Below are positions 27,188 to 37,610 of a stretch of DNA of 64,000 nucleotides, piece by piece. The position numbers and the translations under genes were made by a program. This DNA comes from Planctomycetota bacterium. Lineage in GTDB: Bacteria; Planctomycetota; UBA1135; UBA2386. The stretch covers positions 1,865 through 65,864 of the forward strand of contig JAEUHT010000041.1 of NCBI GenBank assembly GCA_016793265.1. The letters are read 5' to 3'. The notes beneath the pieces are model-generated. The model did no database searches. It saw nothing but the letters and a program-made list of their open reading frames with translations, and had not been told where the DNA came from. Position 1 is the stretch's first letter. Each line of letters begins with the position of its first letter.

Positions 27188-28426
27188 TCACCGCCGTTTG
27201 GCTCTGGCGAGCAGAAAATCGCGCCACTCGATTTGCAGCGCCTCGGCGTCCTTGTCGAGGATCGCCTGCATCACATCCTTCTGCCGAGCACTGAGTTCCA
27301 TCGCGGTGGGCAGCTTCCGCCGGTAGTGGAATGGGACCTTGAGCTCACTGAGGAAGCGAGGCAGCCGGTCCTTGTAGCGCTGCATCAGGAAGTCGACGAA
27401 CGCCCAGGCCTGCATGTGCTGCTCGAGCCCGAACTCGCCGGCATTGCCGCGTTCGAACAAGGTCGACAGCGGTTCGAAGACGCCGTTCTTCATCAACCCA
27501 CGCACGCGCGTATCCCAGGCCCAGAACGGGCTGCGTGGGTCCTTGTCCTTGTCGTCCTTGCGGTCATAGGCCGGGAAACGCGGCGAGACGCGGCGCGCGT
27601 GCCAGTGGCCGAGCCCCGTCGGCAACCACGCCGGCAGATCGAAGCTCCACGAGCGATAGCCGCTGTAGAGGTTGTGGGCGACGTTGAAGGTCAGGTTGGC
27701 GTGCAGCGCCAGGTCGTAGCCGAACAGGCCGCCGGCGGTCTCCTCGCTGCCGCTCCAGAACACGGCGCCGAGTTTGATGTCGTGGTAGCGCACGGGGTCG
27801 GTCATCTCGATGCCCTGGTAGGCGCTCGTGTAGCGGGCCTGACTGGCGGCCTTGCGCAGCAGCAGCACGCGGAACTTCTCGGGCATGCCGAGGTAGGGCC
27901 CGAGGCCGCGGAAGCGCTCCGGGTCGGTCGGATCGTCGCCGGGCACCGCCGGGAAGCTGGCATCGGTGACGCCGAGCACGCCCTGCACCTCTGCGTAGAG
28001 GTCCTCCAGCCGCTGCGCCATCAGGTGCGCGCGCAGCCACGGATCGAGCTCCTTGACGTCGACCTTGACCTTCGGGATGCGCTTCTTCAGGCGCTTCAGC
28101 TCCTCGCGCACGCTGCGCACCCAGTCCGGCAGCCACTCCTCCTCGCCCTTCAGCACGACGCGCGACAACGCGCAGCCGAGCCGGAAGTGCGCGGTCTCGA
28201 TCCAGATCAGCGGCTCGTCGCCGAGCAGGGACTCGACGGCCTCGGTCGAGTGGTCGTGGCCCAATGGGAACGGTCCGAACGACACATAGCCGGCGGCCTT
28301 CATCACCGCCGCGTCGCCACCCGTGTACGGATCCGGGCCGGCCTTGCGCATGGCGACGAGCCCTTCTTGGGCCGCCATCGCGCCGGCGAACAACACCCCC
28401 AGCAGACTGATACGCAGCGACGGCAT
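27188..28426 (-). CDS. Secreted hypothetical protein, DUF1570/zincin-like without HExxH
   Basis: Signal peptide; IETAHFRL, FNVAHNL, LPAWLPTGLGHW, QAWAFVDFLM. Confidence 0.7.
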   Translation of the reverse strand: MPSLRISLLGVLFAGAMAAQEGLVAMRKAGPDPYTGGDAAVMKAAGYVSFGPFPLGHDHSTEAVESLLGDEPLIWIETAHFRLGCALSRVVLKGEEEWLPDWVRSVREELKRLKKRIPKVKVDVKELDPWLRAHLMAQRLEDLYAEVQGVLGVTDASFPAVPGDDPTDPERFRGLGPYLGMPEKFRVLLLRKAASQARYTSAYQGIEMTDPVRYHDIKLGAVFWSGSEETAGGLFGYDLALHANLTFNVAHNLYSGYRSWSFDLPAWLPTGLGHWHARRVSPRFPAYDRKDDKDKDPRSPFWAWDTRVRGLMKNGVFEPLSTLFERGNAGEFGLEQHMQAWAFVDFLMQRYKDRLPRFLSELKVPFHYRRKLPTAMELSARQKDVMQAILDKDAEALQIEWRDFLLARAKRR

Positions 28427-28578
28427 GGGCAGGATCCGCGCGATTCTCACTGCAGCGAGGCCAGGCGACCAGCCGGAGGGCTGTGACTCCACCGCGAACA
28501 GGTCCTATGGTGACCGCGCCTCAATAGCCTGCCCGGGGACGATGGCAACCGCCGCCCCCGCACCACGAGAACCACGAC

Positions 28579-29970
28579 ATGCACCGCCCCTTCCGTCTCG
28601 GCGCCGCCGCCGCCACGCTCGCCTGCCTCGCGCCGGCCCAGGTCAACTGGACCTCCTTGGCCGCGACGAACGCGCCACGCGCCCTCTGTGCCCACACCTG
28701 GGATCCGGTTCGCAACCGGCTGATCGCGTTCGGCGGCCAGGCCACCACGTTCGCCAACACCACTTGGGAGTGGAACGGCACGCAGTGGCTGACGGCGACG
28801 CCCACCAGTTCGCCGACGGCGCGCGCCCGCGCGGCGATGGTCTTCGACCGCGCCCGCGGCAACATCGTGCTGTTCGGCGGCAACACCGGCGGCGCCACCG
28901 GCTTCTCGTCGCAGACCTGGACCTACGACGGCACCACCTGGACGCAGCGCACGCCGGCGACCGTGCCGCTCGGCCGCTACGGCGCCGCGATGGCCTACGA
29001 CCAGGGGCGCGACGTCGTCGTCATGTTCGGCGGCTTCGTGCAGAGCGGCAGCGACAACGCCGAGGTGTGGGAGTGGAACGGCAGCAACTGGACGCAGCGC
29101 ACGTGGTCGGGCTTCGCCCCGCAGGCGCGCGGCGCGCACCGCATGGTGTTCGACGAGGCGCTCGGTGAGACGCTCTTGTTCGGCGGCTACCGCACGCCGG
29201 CACAGACGACGCTCGCCGACTGCTGGAGCTGGAACGGCACGGCTTGGACGCAGCGCGCGGCCGGCCCCGGCAGCCTCTGCGACCAGGCCTTCGCCTACGA
29301 TCCGACGCGACAGCGCGCGATCCTCCAGGGCGGGCTCAACATCGTCGGTTCGACGGTGACGACGCTCAGCGCGACCTGGGAATGGGACGGCGCCGGCTGG
29401 ACACAGCGCTCGACCGCGGTGACGCCTTCGGCACGCAGCTCGTCGGCCAACGACTTCGACCCGATCAACCGCCGCCTCATCGTCGGCGGCGGCATCACCG
29501 GCTTCGGCGTGCAGCCGACCGATACGCTCGCCTATGCGCCGATCACGCCGGGCACGGTCACCGAGGTCGGCTTCGCCTGCCCGTCGTCGGCCGGCCCACT
29601 CGGTCTCACCACCACGACGCTGCCCTACTACGGGTCGCCGTTCGTGCAGGAGGTCAGCAACGGCCCGCTGACGATGCCGTTCGCGCTGATGATCTTCGGC
29701 AGCTCCCACACGCAGTGGAACGGCATCCCGCTGCCGGCCGACCTGACGGTGATCGGCGCCCCGGGCTGCTTCCTCGACGTCAGCTTCGACGTCGTGCTGA
29801 CCATGACGCTCAGCAACGGCGAAGGCACGATCACGTGGGTGCTGCCGAACCAGCCGTCGATCACGGGCTTCGAGTTCAGCACGCAGGCGCTGGTGTTCGA
29901 CCCGCTGAGCCCGAATCCGTTCCAGATCGCGATGAGCTCCGGCCGCCACTGCGTCGTCGGCGCGCCGTAG
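28579..29970 (+). CDS. Secreted kelch-repeat beta-propeller with C-terminal two-Cys domain
   Basis: Signal peptide ending APAQ; six AMxYD..R..VLFGG..TWEWNG..W repeats. Confidence 0.88.
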   Translation: MHRPFRLGAAAATLACLAPAQVNWTSLAATNAPRALCAHTWDPVRNRLIAFGGQATTFANTTWEWNGTQWLTATPTSSPTARARAAMVFDRARGNIVLFGGNTGGATGFSSQTWTYDGTTWTQRTPATVPLGRYGAAMAYDQGRDVVVMFGGFVQSGSDNAEVWEWNGSNWTQRTWSGFAPQARGAHRMVFDEALGETLLFGGYRTPAQTTLADCWSWNGTAWTQRAAGPGSLCDQAFAYDPTRQRAILQGGLNIVGSTVTTLSATWEWDGAGWTQRSTAVTPSARSSSANDFDPINRRLIVGGGITGFGVQPTDTLAYAPITPGTVTEVGFACPSSAGPLGLTTTTLPYYGSPFVQEVSNGPLTMPFALMIFGSSHTQWNGIPLPADLTVIGAPGCFLDVSFDVVLTMTLSNGEGTITWVLPNQPSITGFEFSTQALVFDPLSPNPFQIAMSSGRHCVVGAP

Positions 29971-30009
29971 GGGTTCTGCGGCCGCGGCTGTGTTACGCTG
30001 GCCGCCCCG

Positions 30010-30981
30010 ATGGACCCCCGGATCGAACGTGCTCGCGGCATCATCGAGCACGAAGCAGCGGCCGTACGCCAGGTGGCGGAGCGGCTCGGCACCCCCTTCC
30101 TGACCACGCTGGACCTGATCCTGGGCCTGCGCGGCCGGGTCGTCACGGCCGGCATGGGCAAGGCCGGCTTCATCGCCCAGAAGGTGTCGGCGACGCTGGC
30201 TTCGACCGGCACCCCGTCGATCTTCCTGCACCCGGCGGAGGCCATCCACGGCGACCTCGGCCGCGTCGAAGCGGGTGACCTGGTGCTCGCCTTCTCGAAG
30301 TCGGGCGAGACCCAGGAGCTGTTGATCATGCTGCCGCACGTCAAGGCGGTCGGCGTGCCGGTGGTCGCGATCACCCAGCTGCAGGGTTCCACGCTCGGCC
30401 GCCACAGCGACGTCGTGCTCGAACTGGGCCGCATCGACGAAGCCGGCCCTTATGGCCTCGCCCCCAGCACGTCGACCACGGCGATGCTGGCGCTCGGCGA
30501 CGCGCTGGCGCTGGTCGTGCAGGAGGGGCGCCGCTTCGGGCCCGAGGACTTCGCGCGCTTCCACCCCGGCGGCGACCTCGGCCGGCGGCTGATGAAGGTC
30601 GGCGAACTGATGCGCCGCGACGCCCACAATCCGCGGGTCGCCAGCGGCGCCACCCTGCTGCAGGCGATCGAGGTGATGACCCGCACCCCTGGCCGCCCCG
30701 GCGCCACCAGCATCGTCGACCACGACGGCCGCCTGCTCGGCTTCTTCACCGACGGCGACCTGCGCCGCCAGATCGAACGTGGCCTCGACGACCCGCGCCA
30801 GCGCCGCATCGACGACATCATGACGAAGAACCCGCGCTCGATCGGCCCGGACACCTTCGCCCTCGAAGCGCTGGGCACGATGCACCAGCATCACATCGAC
30901 CAGCTGCCCGTCGTCGACGCGGCGGGCCGCCTGCTCGGCCTGCTCGACGTGCAGGACCTGCTCAACCTGAAGATCGCATGA
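30010..30981 (+). CDS. kdsD: Arabinose-5-phosphate isomerase KpsF/GutQ (SIS + 2 CBS)
   Basis: GMGKAG, LASTGTP, HPAEAIHGDLG, SKSGET, APSTSTTAMLALGDALA, FHPGG, TDGDLRR. Confidence 0.95.
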   Translation: MDPRIERARGIIEHEAAAVRQVAERLGTPFLTTLDLILGLRGRVVTAGMGKAGFIAQKVSATLASTGTPSIFLHPAEAIHGDLGRVEAGDLVLAFSKSGETQELLIMLPHVKAVGVPVVAITQLQGSTLGRHSDVVLELGRIDEAGPYGLAPSTSTTAMLALGDALALVVQEGRRFGPEDFARFHPGGDLGRRLMKVGELMRRDAHNPRVASGATLLQAIEVMTRTPGRPGATSIVDHDGRLLGFFTDGDLRRQIERGLDDPRQRRIDDIMTKNPRSIGPDTFALEALGTMHQHHIDQLPVVDAAGRLLGLLDVQDLLNLKIA

Positions 30982-30991
30982 CGGCCGGCGC

Positions 30992-33943
30992 ATGAAGCGG
31001 CTGCTCGCGTTCCTGCTGTTGTTGTCGATCGGCACGCTCGTGCTGATGTTCGCGGTCGGCGAGGACCCGGCGGCGCGCGCCAACTCGCAGACCGGCGCGG
31101 CGGAGGAGCAGCCGCAGCCGGCGATCCCGCGGGTCGATCTCGGCGCCGGCCGCGTCAGCGCCTCGGTCGCGCAGACCGGACCGCTGCGCAACATCAACGA
31201 GATGCGCGAGGTGCAGCTCGGCAACGGCCGCGTGCGCCTCGAACGCGTCTACGTGCTGAACACCGCCGACAGCCGGCCGATCGGGCAGGGCCTGCAGCAG
31301 CTCGATGGCGTCAGCGTCGAGCTCTACGAACACGACCAGCACACGGCGACGATCGAGGCGAAGCAGGCGTTCGTCGAGCTGCAGCGCGATGCCAACGGCG
31401 TGCCGACGTTCAAGGGCAGCAAGACCTTCGACCTGCGCGACGCCGTGTTCCACACCCTGTCGGCGAGCCGCGTCGCCGGCCTGCGCTTCGAGCTCGGCAA
31501 CGTCAAGGCCACCGTCGAGGACGACGCCGTGATCCTGCGTTCGCCGGACGACCAGCCCGTGCTCGTCACGCTCGACGGCGACCGCCGCGGCACGCTGCGT
31601 GGCATCGGCCTGCAGGCGCGGCTGCCGCGCAACCAGCAGAACGGACTGCACCGCATCGATGTCGAGTTGCTGCGCCAGCCCGACCTCGTCGCCGAGGGCC
31701 TGCACGCGCGCGCCGCCGGTCGCCTGCACTACGTCGAGGACACCACCACCGGCGCGGCGATGATCACCATCGACGACGACGTGCAGCTCGACATGCAGGG
31801 CGGCCAGCTGGCCGTTCCCGGGCTGTCGCGGGCGCGCCGCGATGGCACCGGCGCCGACGAGACCGCCTCGGCGCGCGGTGATCAGTTCACCGCCTGGCTG
31901 GTGCGACTGCGCACGCCGCGCCCGAATGGCGACGAACACCAGGAGATGGTGTGGCAGCGCGCGCGCCTGATCGGTGCTCCGGCGCGCATCGAGGTGCCCG
32001 GCGGCATCGTCACCACGCCGCGCCTGGCCGTGCTGCCGGGCTTGTCCGGGGAGCCACTGCAGGTCACCGCGCTCGGCGGTGAATCGCGGCTCGAAGCGCA
32101 CGACCTCGGTCCGACGGCGAAACCCGCCGCCCCGATCGTCGCCACCGCGCGCCGGCGCACGCACCTCGTGCGCCCCGGCGAGTACCTCGGCAGCGTGCAC
32201 CGCGCCTACGGCTTCCCGAGCTGGTCCTTGCGCGGGCTCGACCAGTTGCAGCTGGTGATCTGCGAGGGTCAGGCGACGCTCGACAACGGCCAGCGCCGCA
32301 TCGAGGCCGCCGACGGCGTGCGCGTGCTGCGGCGCGACGGCACCGAGGCCGGCATCGTCGAGGGCCTCGGCGAGGTGCGCTGCGTGGTGCGCCCGCGGCG
32401 CGCGGGACAGCCGGAGCTGATCGCCACCGGCGACGACGGCTTCCTCCTGATCGCGACGCCGACCAGCGAACGGCTGCGCATCGGCCCTGTTGCGGCCGCG
32501 GCAGAGCGGGTCGCGCAGCACCACTTCGTCGTCGACGACGGCGATGCCCGCCTCGACGGTCATGGCAGTTGTGAGCTCACCGGTGCCGCCGACCGCCGCC
32601 GGCTGCAGGTGCGGTCGCCGGGCGCCGACGTGCGGGTGCGGGTGCTGGGCCAGGGCCTCGAACTGGCGCGCGTGCTGCGGCTCGACGCCGAGCTCGACGT
32701 CGACTCGGAGGAGCTGCTGGAGCTGACCGTCGACGGCCTGCCACTGCAGGTGACGTGGCGGCACCGCGACGAACTGCTGACGGCGACCGCCCCGCGCCTG
32801 ACCCGCATCGGCGCGCGTTCCTTGCGGTTGCTGCCGGTGCCAGCGCACGACGCCGAGGCCTTCCGCAGCCTCACCGAGGCCGATCGCCGACCGCTGCTGC
32901 GCCGCGAGACCGCGGCCGGCGAACGTGCGGAGCTGCGCGGCCCGCGCCTCGACGTGCACCAACTCGGCGGTCGCGACGTGCTGCTCGACGCCGAGGCCGT
33001 CGGTGACGACCGCCCCCACGTGACCGCCGTGCTGCCACCACAGCGAGGCGGCGCGCCGACCACCATCGACTGCCTGGCGCAGCGGCTGCGGCTGCTGCCC
33101 TTCGTGGTCACTCGGCAGGCGATGCAGGCCCACCTCGGCGGCCGGCCCGGGCTCACCGACGACATCGTCGGCAGCACCTTGTCGCGGCCGTGGCTGCTCG
33201 TCGACCAAGTCCTCGACTTCCGCCTCGACGACCCGCACCACGGCCACAGCGAAGGGCGCGCCCACCGGCTGTTGGTGTCGCAGGGTGGGCAGGCGGCGCT
33301 GTTCGTCGGCGACCCCGACGGCGCGCCGGCCTTCGTGCGGCAGCGACAGCAGGGCCGCGAGGTGATCACCGAGGGTGCGCGCGTGCGGGTGTTCCGCGAC
33401 GAGGTGGTGCGGCTGCAGACGCTGTCGACCTACGACAACCGCTCGCTGACGGTGCTGCCGACCGTGACGTTGCACGAAGCCGCGGCCGACGGTCTCCTGT
33501 CGCACATGCGAGCGACCTGCCGCGGTGACATCGAGGTGTGGCCCGAAGCCGTGACGTTCGGCGGGCCGGTGCTGGCGCGCGGCATCCACCCGGATGGCGA
33601 GGACGATCCCGACGGCATCACCATCGACGCCGAGCGCCTGCACCTCGTGCGCCACCCGGAGACCGGGCGCATCCTCAGCGCCGATGCCCGCAACGTGCAC
33701 GTCGACTGGTCGCGTCTGACCGCGCGCGGCACCCGCCTCGAACTCGACGAACGCAGCAAGTCGTGCGTCATCCATGGCGAACCCGACGCCGAGGTCGAGC
33801 TGCCGAACGGCGCCTTCTTCAAGGCGCCCCGCCTCGAGGTGTGGTACCAGACGATGGCCATCCGCAGCTTCCGCGGGCACGGCGGCCAGCGGGTCGTCGC
33901 GCCGGCGTCGAACCCGACCCCGAGCCCGGCAGGTCCACAGTGA
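30992..33943 (+). CDS. Very large membrane-anchored LptC/LptA(OstA)-like beta-jellyroll protein
   Basis: N-terminal TM; LptC-like VSVELY..TIEAKQA; C-terminal LptA-like ARGTRLELD..IHGEPDAEV..APRLEVWY; lies between kdsD and lptD. Confidence 0.65.
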   Translation: MKRLLAFLLLLSIGTLVLMFAVGEDPAARANSQTGAAEEQPQPAIPRVDLGAGRVSASVAQTGPLRNINEMREVQLGNGRVRLERVYVLNTADSRPIGQGLQQLDGVSVELYEHDQHTATIEAKQAFVELQRDANGVPTFKGSKTFDLRDAVFHTLSASRVAGLRFELGNVKATVEDDAVILRSPDDQPVLVTLDGDRRGTLRGIGLQARLPRNQQNGLHRIDVELLRQPDLVAEGLHARAAGRLHYVEDTTTGAAMITIDDDVQLDMQGGQLAVPGLSRARRDGTGADETASARGDQFTAWLVRLRTPRPNGDEHQEMVWQRARLIGAPARIEVPGGIVTTPRLAVLPGLSGEPLQVTALGGESRLEAHDLGPTAKPAAPIVATARRRTHLVRPGEYLGSVHRAYGFPSWSLRGLDQLQLVICEGQATLDNGQRRIEAADGVRVLRRDGTEAGIVEGLGEVRCVVRPRRAGQPELIATGDDGFLLIATPTSERLRIGPVAAAAERVAQHHFVVDDGDARLDGHGSCELTGAADRRRLQVRSPGADVRVRVLGQGLELARVLRLDAELDVDSEELLELTVDGLPLQVTWRHRDELLTATAPRLTRIGARSLRLLPVPAHDAEAFRSLTEADRRPLLRRETAAGERAELRGPRLDVHQLGGRDVLLDAEAVGDDRPHVTAVLPPQRGGAPTTIDCLAQRLRLLPFVVTRQAMQAHLGGRPGLTDDIVGSTLSRPWLLVDQVLDFRLDDPHHGHSEGRAHRLLVSQGGQAALFVGDPDGAPAFVRQRQQGREVITEGARVRVFRDEVVRLQTLSTYDNRSLTVLPTVTLHEAAADGLLSHMRATCRGDIEVWPEAVTFGGPVLARGIHPDGEDDPDGITIDAERLHLVRHPETGRILSADARNVHVDWSRLTARGTRLELDERSKSCVIHGEPDAEVELPNGAFFKAPRLEVWYQTMAIRSFRGHGGQRVVAPASNPTPSPAGPQ

Positions 33944-36426
33944 GCCGGCGGTCGCGACTGCTGCGCCTGGTGGCCGCCCACGTGGCCGTGGTCGCCTTCG
34001 CCATGGCCCAGCAGGAGCCGGCGCCGAGCGTGCCCGGCCTGCTGCTCGACCACGAACACAGCTTCCTCGAGGAGGTCGTGCGCGACGACTACCGCGAGGT
34101 GCGTGTGTTCGGCGGCTTCCGCTTCCGCTCGCCGGCCTACGGCCTCGAGCTGCGCGGCGAGAACGCGCTGTTGCTGCTCGACCTCGACGAGACCGAACGT
34201 GCCGCCAGCAGGCGTTCCGGCAGCGGCCTGCCACGCCGTGGCATCGAGCTGCCGGAGCCGCGCCGCCGGCTGTCGCCAGCGCAGATCCGCGAACGCCTCG
34301 ATCACACGCTGCGCGCCATCGGTCGCACCGACGGCCTGCCCGCGTCGAGCCGCACCGACCTCGCGCTCGACGTGCTGCGCTACGTCTACTGCGAGGGCGG
34401 CATCGTCGTCGTGCGCGACGGCCGCGAAGTGCTGCGCTGCGACCGGCTGTGGCTCTCGCCGCTCGAAGACCGCGTCGTGGTCGAGAACGCGGAGCTGCGC
34501 TACGTGACGCCGGGCCGCAGCAGCAACGAGACGCTGGTCGTGCGAGGTCCACGGCTGGTGCGCGAAGGCAGCCGCTGGACCGGGCGCGACGTGACGATGA
34601 CGACCTGCAACGCCGGTCGCCCACACGCCGCCGCCGCCGCCGGCGAGATCGAGATCATCGAGCGTGAGGGCGAGTTCGAGATCCGGTCGCGCGGCCAGAC
34701 CCTGCAGATCGGCGGCACCGACGTGCTGCCGCTGCCGGACGCACACATCTTCACCAAGAGCCAGAGCGAGTTCCCGATCCGCCGCGCCAGCGCCGGCTAC
34801 TCGGGCCGCGAGGGCGCCGAAGCCGAGATCGTGCTCGGCCTGCCGTGGAACAACACCGGCGGCCGGCTGCACCACTGGCTGACCGACCGGCCGGCGGTGG
34901 AGTTCCGCGGCGAATGGGAGCTCGGGCTCGGCTGGATCGAACGCCGCGGCTTCCCCGTGGACGCCGCGCTCAGCTACCGCGCCGCCGACCTCTACGAGGG
35001 CCGCACCGAGGGCTTCTGGATCGACGACCAGGGCACCGACCTGCGCGAGATCCGCACCTGGCGCGACGGCAGCGCCATCGGCACCGGCCAGCGCGCCCTG
35101 CTGCGCACGCAGAACCGCGTGCGGCTCGGTGACTCCACCCACCTCGACCTCGTCGCCTTCGATGCCACCGACCCCGGCGTGCTGTCGGAGTACTTCGCCG
35201 GCGACTACCGCACCCAGGAAGTGCCCGAATCGGGCCTCTACCTGCACCACGCCGCCGGCAATTCGCTGCTGACCGTGGGTACCCGCCACAACCTCGCCGA
35301 CTTCAGCTACCGCGACGACCGCGCGCTGGCGGACCGCTTCGTCGAAGAATCGCCGGTCGTCACCTACCAGTGGCTGGCGCAGCCGATCGCCCACTTGCCG
35401 TGGGGAACGCCGCTGATCGCCGACCTCGAGACCGGGGTCGGCGAGCGCCGCAGCGACTACGACGACCGCGCCGGCGTGCGCGTCGGCGACAGCACCTTGC
35501 GCGCCGACCAGCTCGCCGAACTCTCGGCGCCGTTCCACCTCGGGCCGCTCAACGTGCGCCCCTACACCAACGCGCGCGGCACCTGGTACGACGACACCGT
35601 CGCCGGCGGCGACGACGGTCGCATCGCCTTCGAAGGCGGCGTGCAGATCGGCACGCGGCTGCAGCGCACCTGGTCTTGGATCCGCGACGACGGCGAGCAG
35701 AACGTGCGCCACGTCATCGCGCCGCGCCTGACCTGGCGCAACCGCTTCTACGTCGATGACGACCCGTCGACGTTCTTCCAGTTCGACCCGCTCGACCAGC
35801 TCGCCGAACAGCAGCTGCTTCGCTTCGAGGTGCGCAACCTGCTGCAGACGATGGGCGACGTGCAAGGTCGGCCGGAGCCGCGCGACTTCGTCATGTTCGA
35901 CCTGGCGCAGGACGTCTGGCCGCAGGCCGATCGTGACAACCAGGGCGAACGGCTCGGGCTCTTGCACTACGACCTGCTGCTGCGGCCGCGGGTGCAGTGG
36001 CTGCCGCTGGAGACGTTCTCGTTCGCCGTCTACGGCGATCACGACTGGAAGACCGGCTTGCGCACGCTCGACACCGAGCTGCAGATGGGCCGCATCGCCG
36101 GCATCACCTGGGCGGCCGACTACCGCACCGACGCGCTCGTCGCCGGCGCCGTGGGCGTCTCCGCGGCGACCGAGCTGTTCGATCGATGGGACCTCTACGC
36201 GCGCAGCCAGCGTGACATCGAGAACGACGCCTGGCTCAACTACTCGTTCGGCCTGCGTCGCAACGACCACGACTGGTCGATCCTCGCCGGCGTCGTCTAC
36301 AACCCGTTCTCGGACGAGACGACGTTCCGCATCGAGTTCCTGCCGCGCTTCGGCGGCATGAACGGCGGCCGCCGCGAGCGCTTCGGCGGCATGGACCCGA
36401 TGAGCCCGCTCGCCACGAGCTTCTGA
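33940..36426 (+). CDS. lptD: LPS assembly outer-membrane protein LptD
   Basis: OstA-like N-domain (YCEGGIVV..LRCDRL, TMTTC), long barrel with RHVIAP, FFQFDPLD, FEVRNLLQ; GTG overlaps the upstream stop. Confidence 0.8.
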   Translation: MSRRSRLLRLVAAHVAVVAFAMAQQEPAPSVPGLLLDHEHSFLEEVVRDDYREVRVFGGFRFRSPAYGLELRGENALLLLDLDETERAASRRSGSGLPRRGIELPEPRRRLSPAQIRERLDHTLRAIGRTDGLPASSRTDLALDVLRYVYCEGGIVVVRDGREVLRCDRLWLSPLEDRVVVENAELRYVTPGRSSNETLVVRGPRLVREGSRWTGRDVTMTTCNAGRPHAAAAAGEIEIIEREGEFEIRSRGQTLQIGGTDVLPLPDAHIFTKSQSEFPIRRASAGYSGREGAEAEIVLGLPWNNTGGRLHHWLTDRPAVEFRGEWELGLGWIERRGFPVDAALSYRAADLYEGRTEGFWIDDQGTDLREIRTWRDGSAIGTGQRALLRTQNRVRLGDSTHLDLVAFDATDPGVLSEYFAGDYRTQEVPESGLYLHHAAGNSLLTVGTRHNLADFSYRDDRALADRFVEESPVVTYQWLAQPIAHLPWGTPLIADLETGVGERRSDYDDRAGVRVGDSTLRADQLAELSAPFHLGPLNVRPYTNARGTWYDDTVAGGDDGRIAFEGGVQIGTRLQRTWSWIRDDGEQNVRHVIAPRLTWRNRFYVDDDPSTFFQFDPLDQLAEQQLLRFEVRNLLQTMGDVQGRPEPRDFVMFDLAQDVWPQADRDNQGERLGLLHYDLLLRPRVQWLPLETFSFAVYGDHDWKTGLRTLDTELQMGRIAGITWAADYRTDALVAGAVGVSAATELFDRWDLYARSQRDIENDAWLNYSFGLRRNDHDWSILAGVVYNPFSDETTFRIEFLPRFGGMNGGRRERFGGMDPMSPLATSF

Positions 36427-36453
36427 GCCGGCTCGCCGGCCGTCACGCCGCGA

Positions 36454-37467
36454 TCAGAACGACCAGCCGACGCTCAGCACGATGCGGTGGTCGGCGCGGT
36501 CGAGGCCCGGCGACGGGGTGTTGTCCCAGTCCATCACGTGCGCGAGCGAGGCGATCATGCTCGCGGTCAGCGACGTCGTGATCTCGGTCTTCGCCTGCAG
36601 GTAGACGTCCCGGCTGTCCTCGACCGACGGGAACGCCTCGACGCCGTGCACGAGCTTGGTCTTGTCGCTGAGCTGGTGCGTCAGCTTGTAGGCGACGCGC
36701 GCGGCCATGTAGTCCTGCGATGGCGTGTTGCTGCGGTAGTTCTCGTTGAAGTACGACAGACCGGCTTCGAACGTCAGGCCCGTCGTGCCGTTGTCGATGA
36801 TCGTGTAACCGAGACCGACACCGCCCGTGAAGCGCAGGTTGATGTCCGCGAGCGTGTCGCCGAGCACACGGGCCGTGGCCAGCGAGTACCAGCGCTTGCT
36901 CAGGAAGTAGTCGTACTTGAGGCCGCCGCCCGCGCGACGCTGATTGAGCGTCCAGGCGTTGGTGGTCTTGTTGCGGTCCTCGCTGTAGTCCCAGGCGGCG
37001 TCGAACGAGATGCGGTCGATCTCGGTGCGGCGCGAGGCGTCCAGCGCGGCGCCGACGGCGCGGCGCTCGGTATTGCCATCGGTCAGCAGGCCATTGAGGG
37101 TGATCGAGCCCGTCCAGGCCGGCTCCGGCTTGGCCGGCGGGTTGATCATGCCGAGGTTGTCGAGCGCCAGCGACGTGGTGTCGCCTTCGAGCCGCAGGTT
37201 GCCGCCTTCGAGGCCGACGACGCGGCGCTTGAGCAGATCGCCCGACTTGGTCTGCAGGTCGACCTGGTCCTTGGTGACCATGTCGCTGATGTTGGTCATC
37301 GGCACGGTGACGTCGCCGAGCAGCGGCGAGGCGATCGTGACCTTGCCGTCGGCCATCGTCTTGATCGTGCCCGTTAGGACGTCACCGTTGGCGAGGGTGA
37401 TCTTGTCCTGGGCGAGAGCCCCGGCGGCGAGGGCCGAGAGGGCGGCGAGGAACTTGAGGTTCTGCAT
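36454..37467 (-). CDS. DUF481/YdiY family outer-membrane beta-barrel
   Basis: Signal peptide; DKITLANGDVLTG N-domain; WTG..GNT, KYDYFLSKRWY, C-terminal SVGWSF. Confidence 0.88.
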   Translation of the reverse strand: MQNLKFLAALSALAAGALAQDKITLANGDVLTGTIKTMADGKVTIASPLLGDVTVPMTNISDMVTKDQVDLQTKSGDLLKRRVVGLEGGNLRLEGDTTSLALDNLGMINPPAKPEPAWTGSITLNGLLTDGNTERRAVGAALDASRRTEIDRISFDAAWDYSEDRNKTTNAWTLNQRRAGGGLKYDYFLSKRWYSLATARVLGDTLADINLRFTGGVGLGYTIIDNGTTGLTFEAGLSYFNENYRSNTPSQDYMAARVAYKLTHQLSDKTKLVHGVEAFPSVEDSRDVYLQAKTEITTSLTASMIASLAHVMDWDNTPSPGLDRADHRIVLSVGWSF

Positions 37468-37610
37468 GTGGTTTCCGGGAAATCGGGCCGAGGATCATGT
37501 CGAAGCGGCGATTGGCGGCCAAGGGAAATCGAACCGGCGCGCCGTGCCCGAACCGCTCCCGTCCAGCGGCCCCTGGCTCCCGCAAGCCACGCCGCTACCG
37601 TTGCCGAGCC

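Noticed and set aside
28640-29540. Recurrent tgggagtggaacggc-like DNA repeats as a possible CRISPR or repeat element
   Set aside because: These are in-frame kelch repeats; there are no identical repeats with unique spacers.
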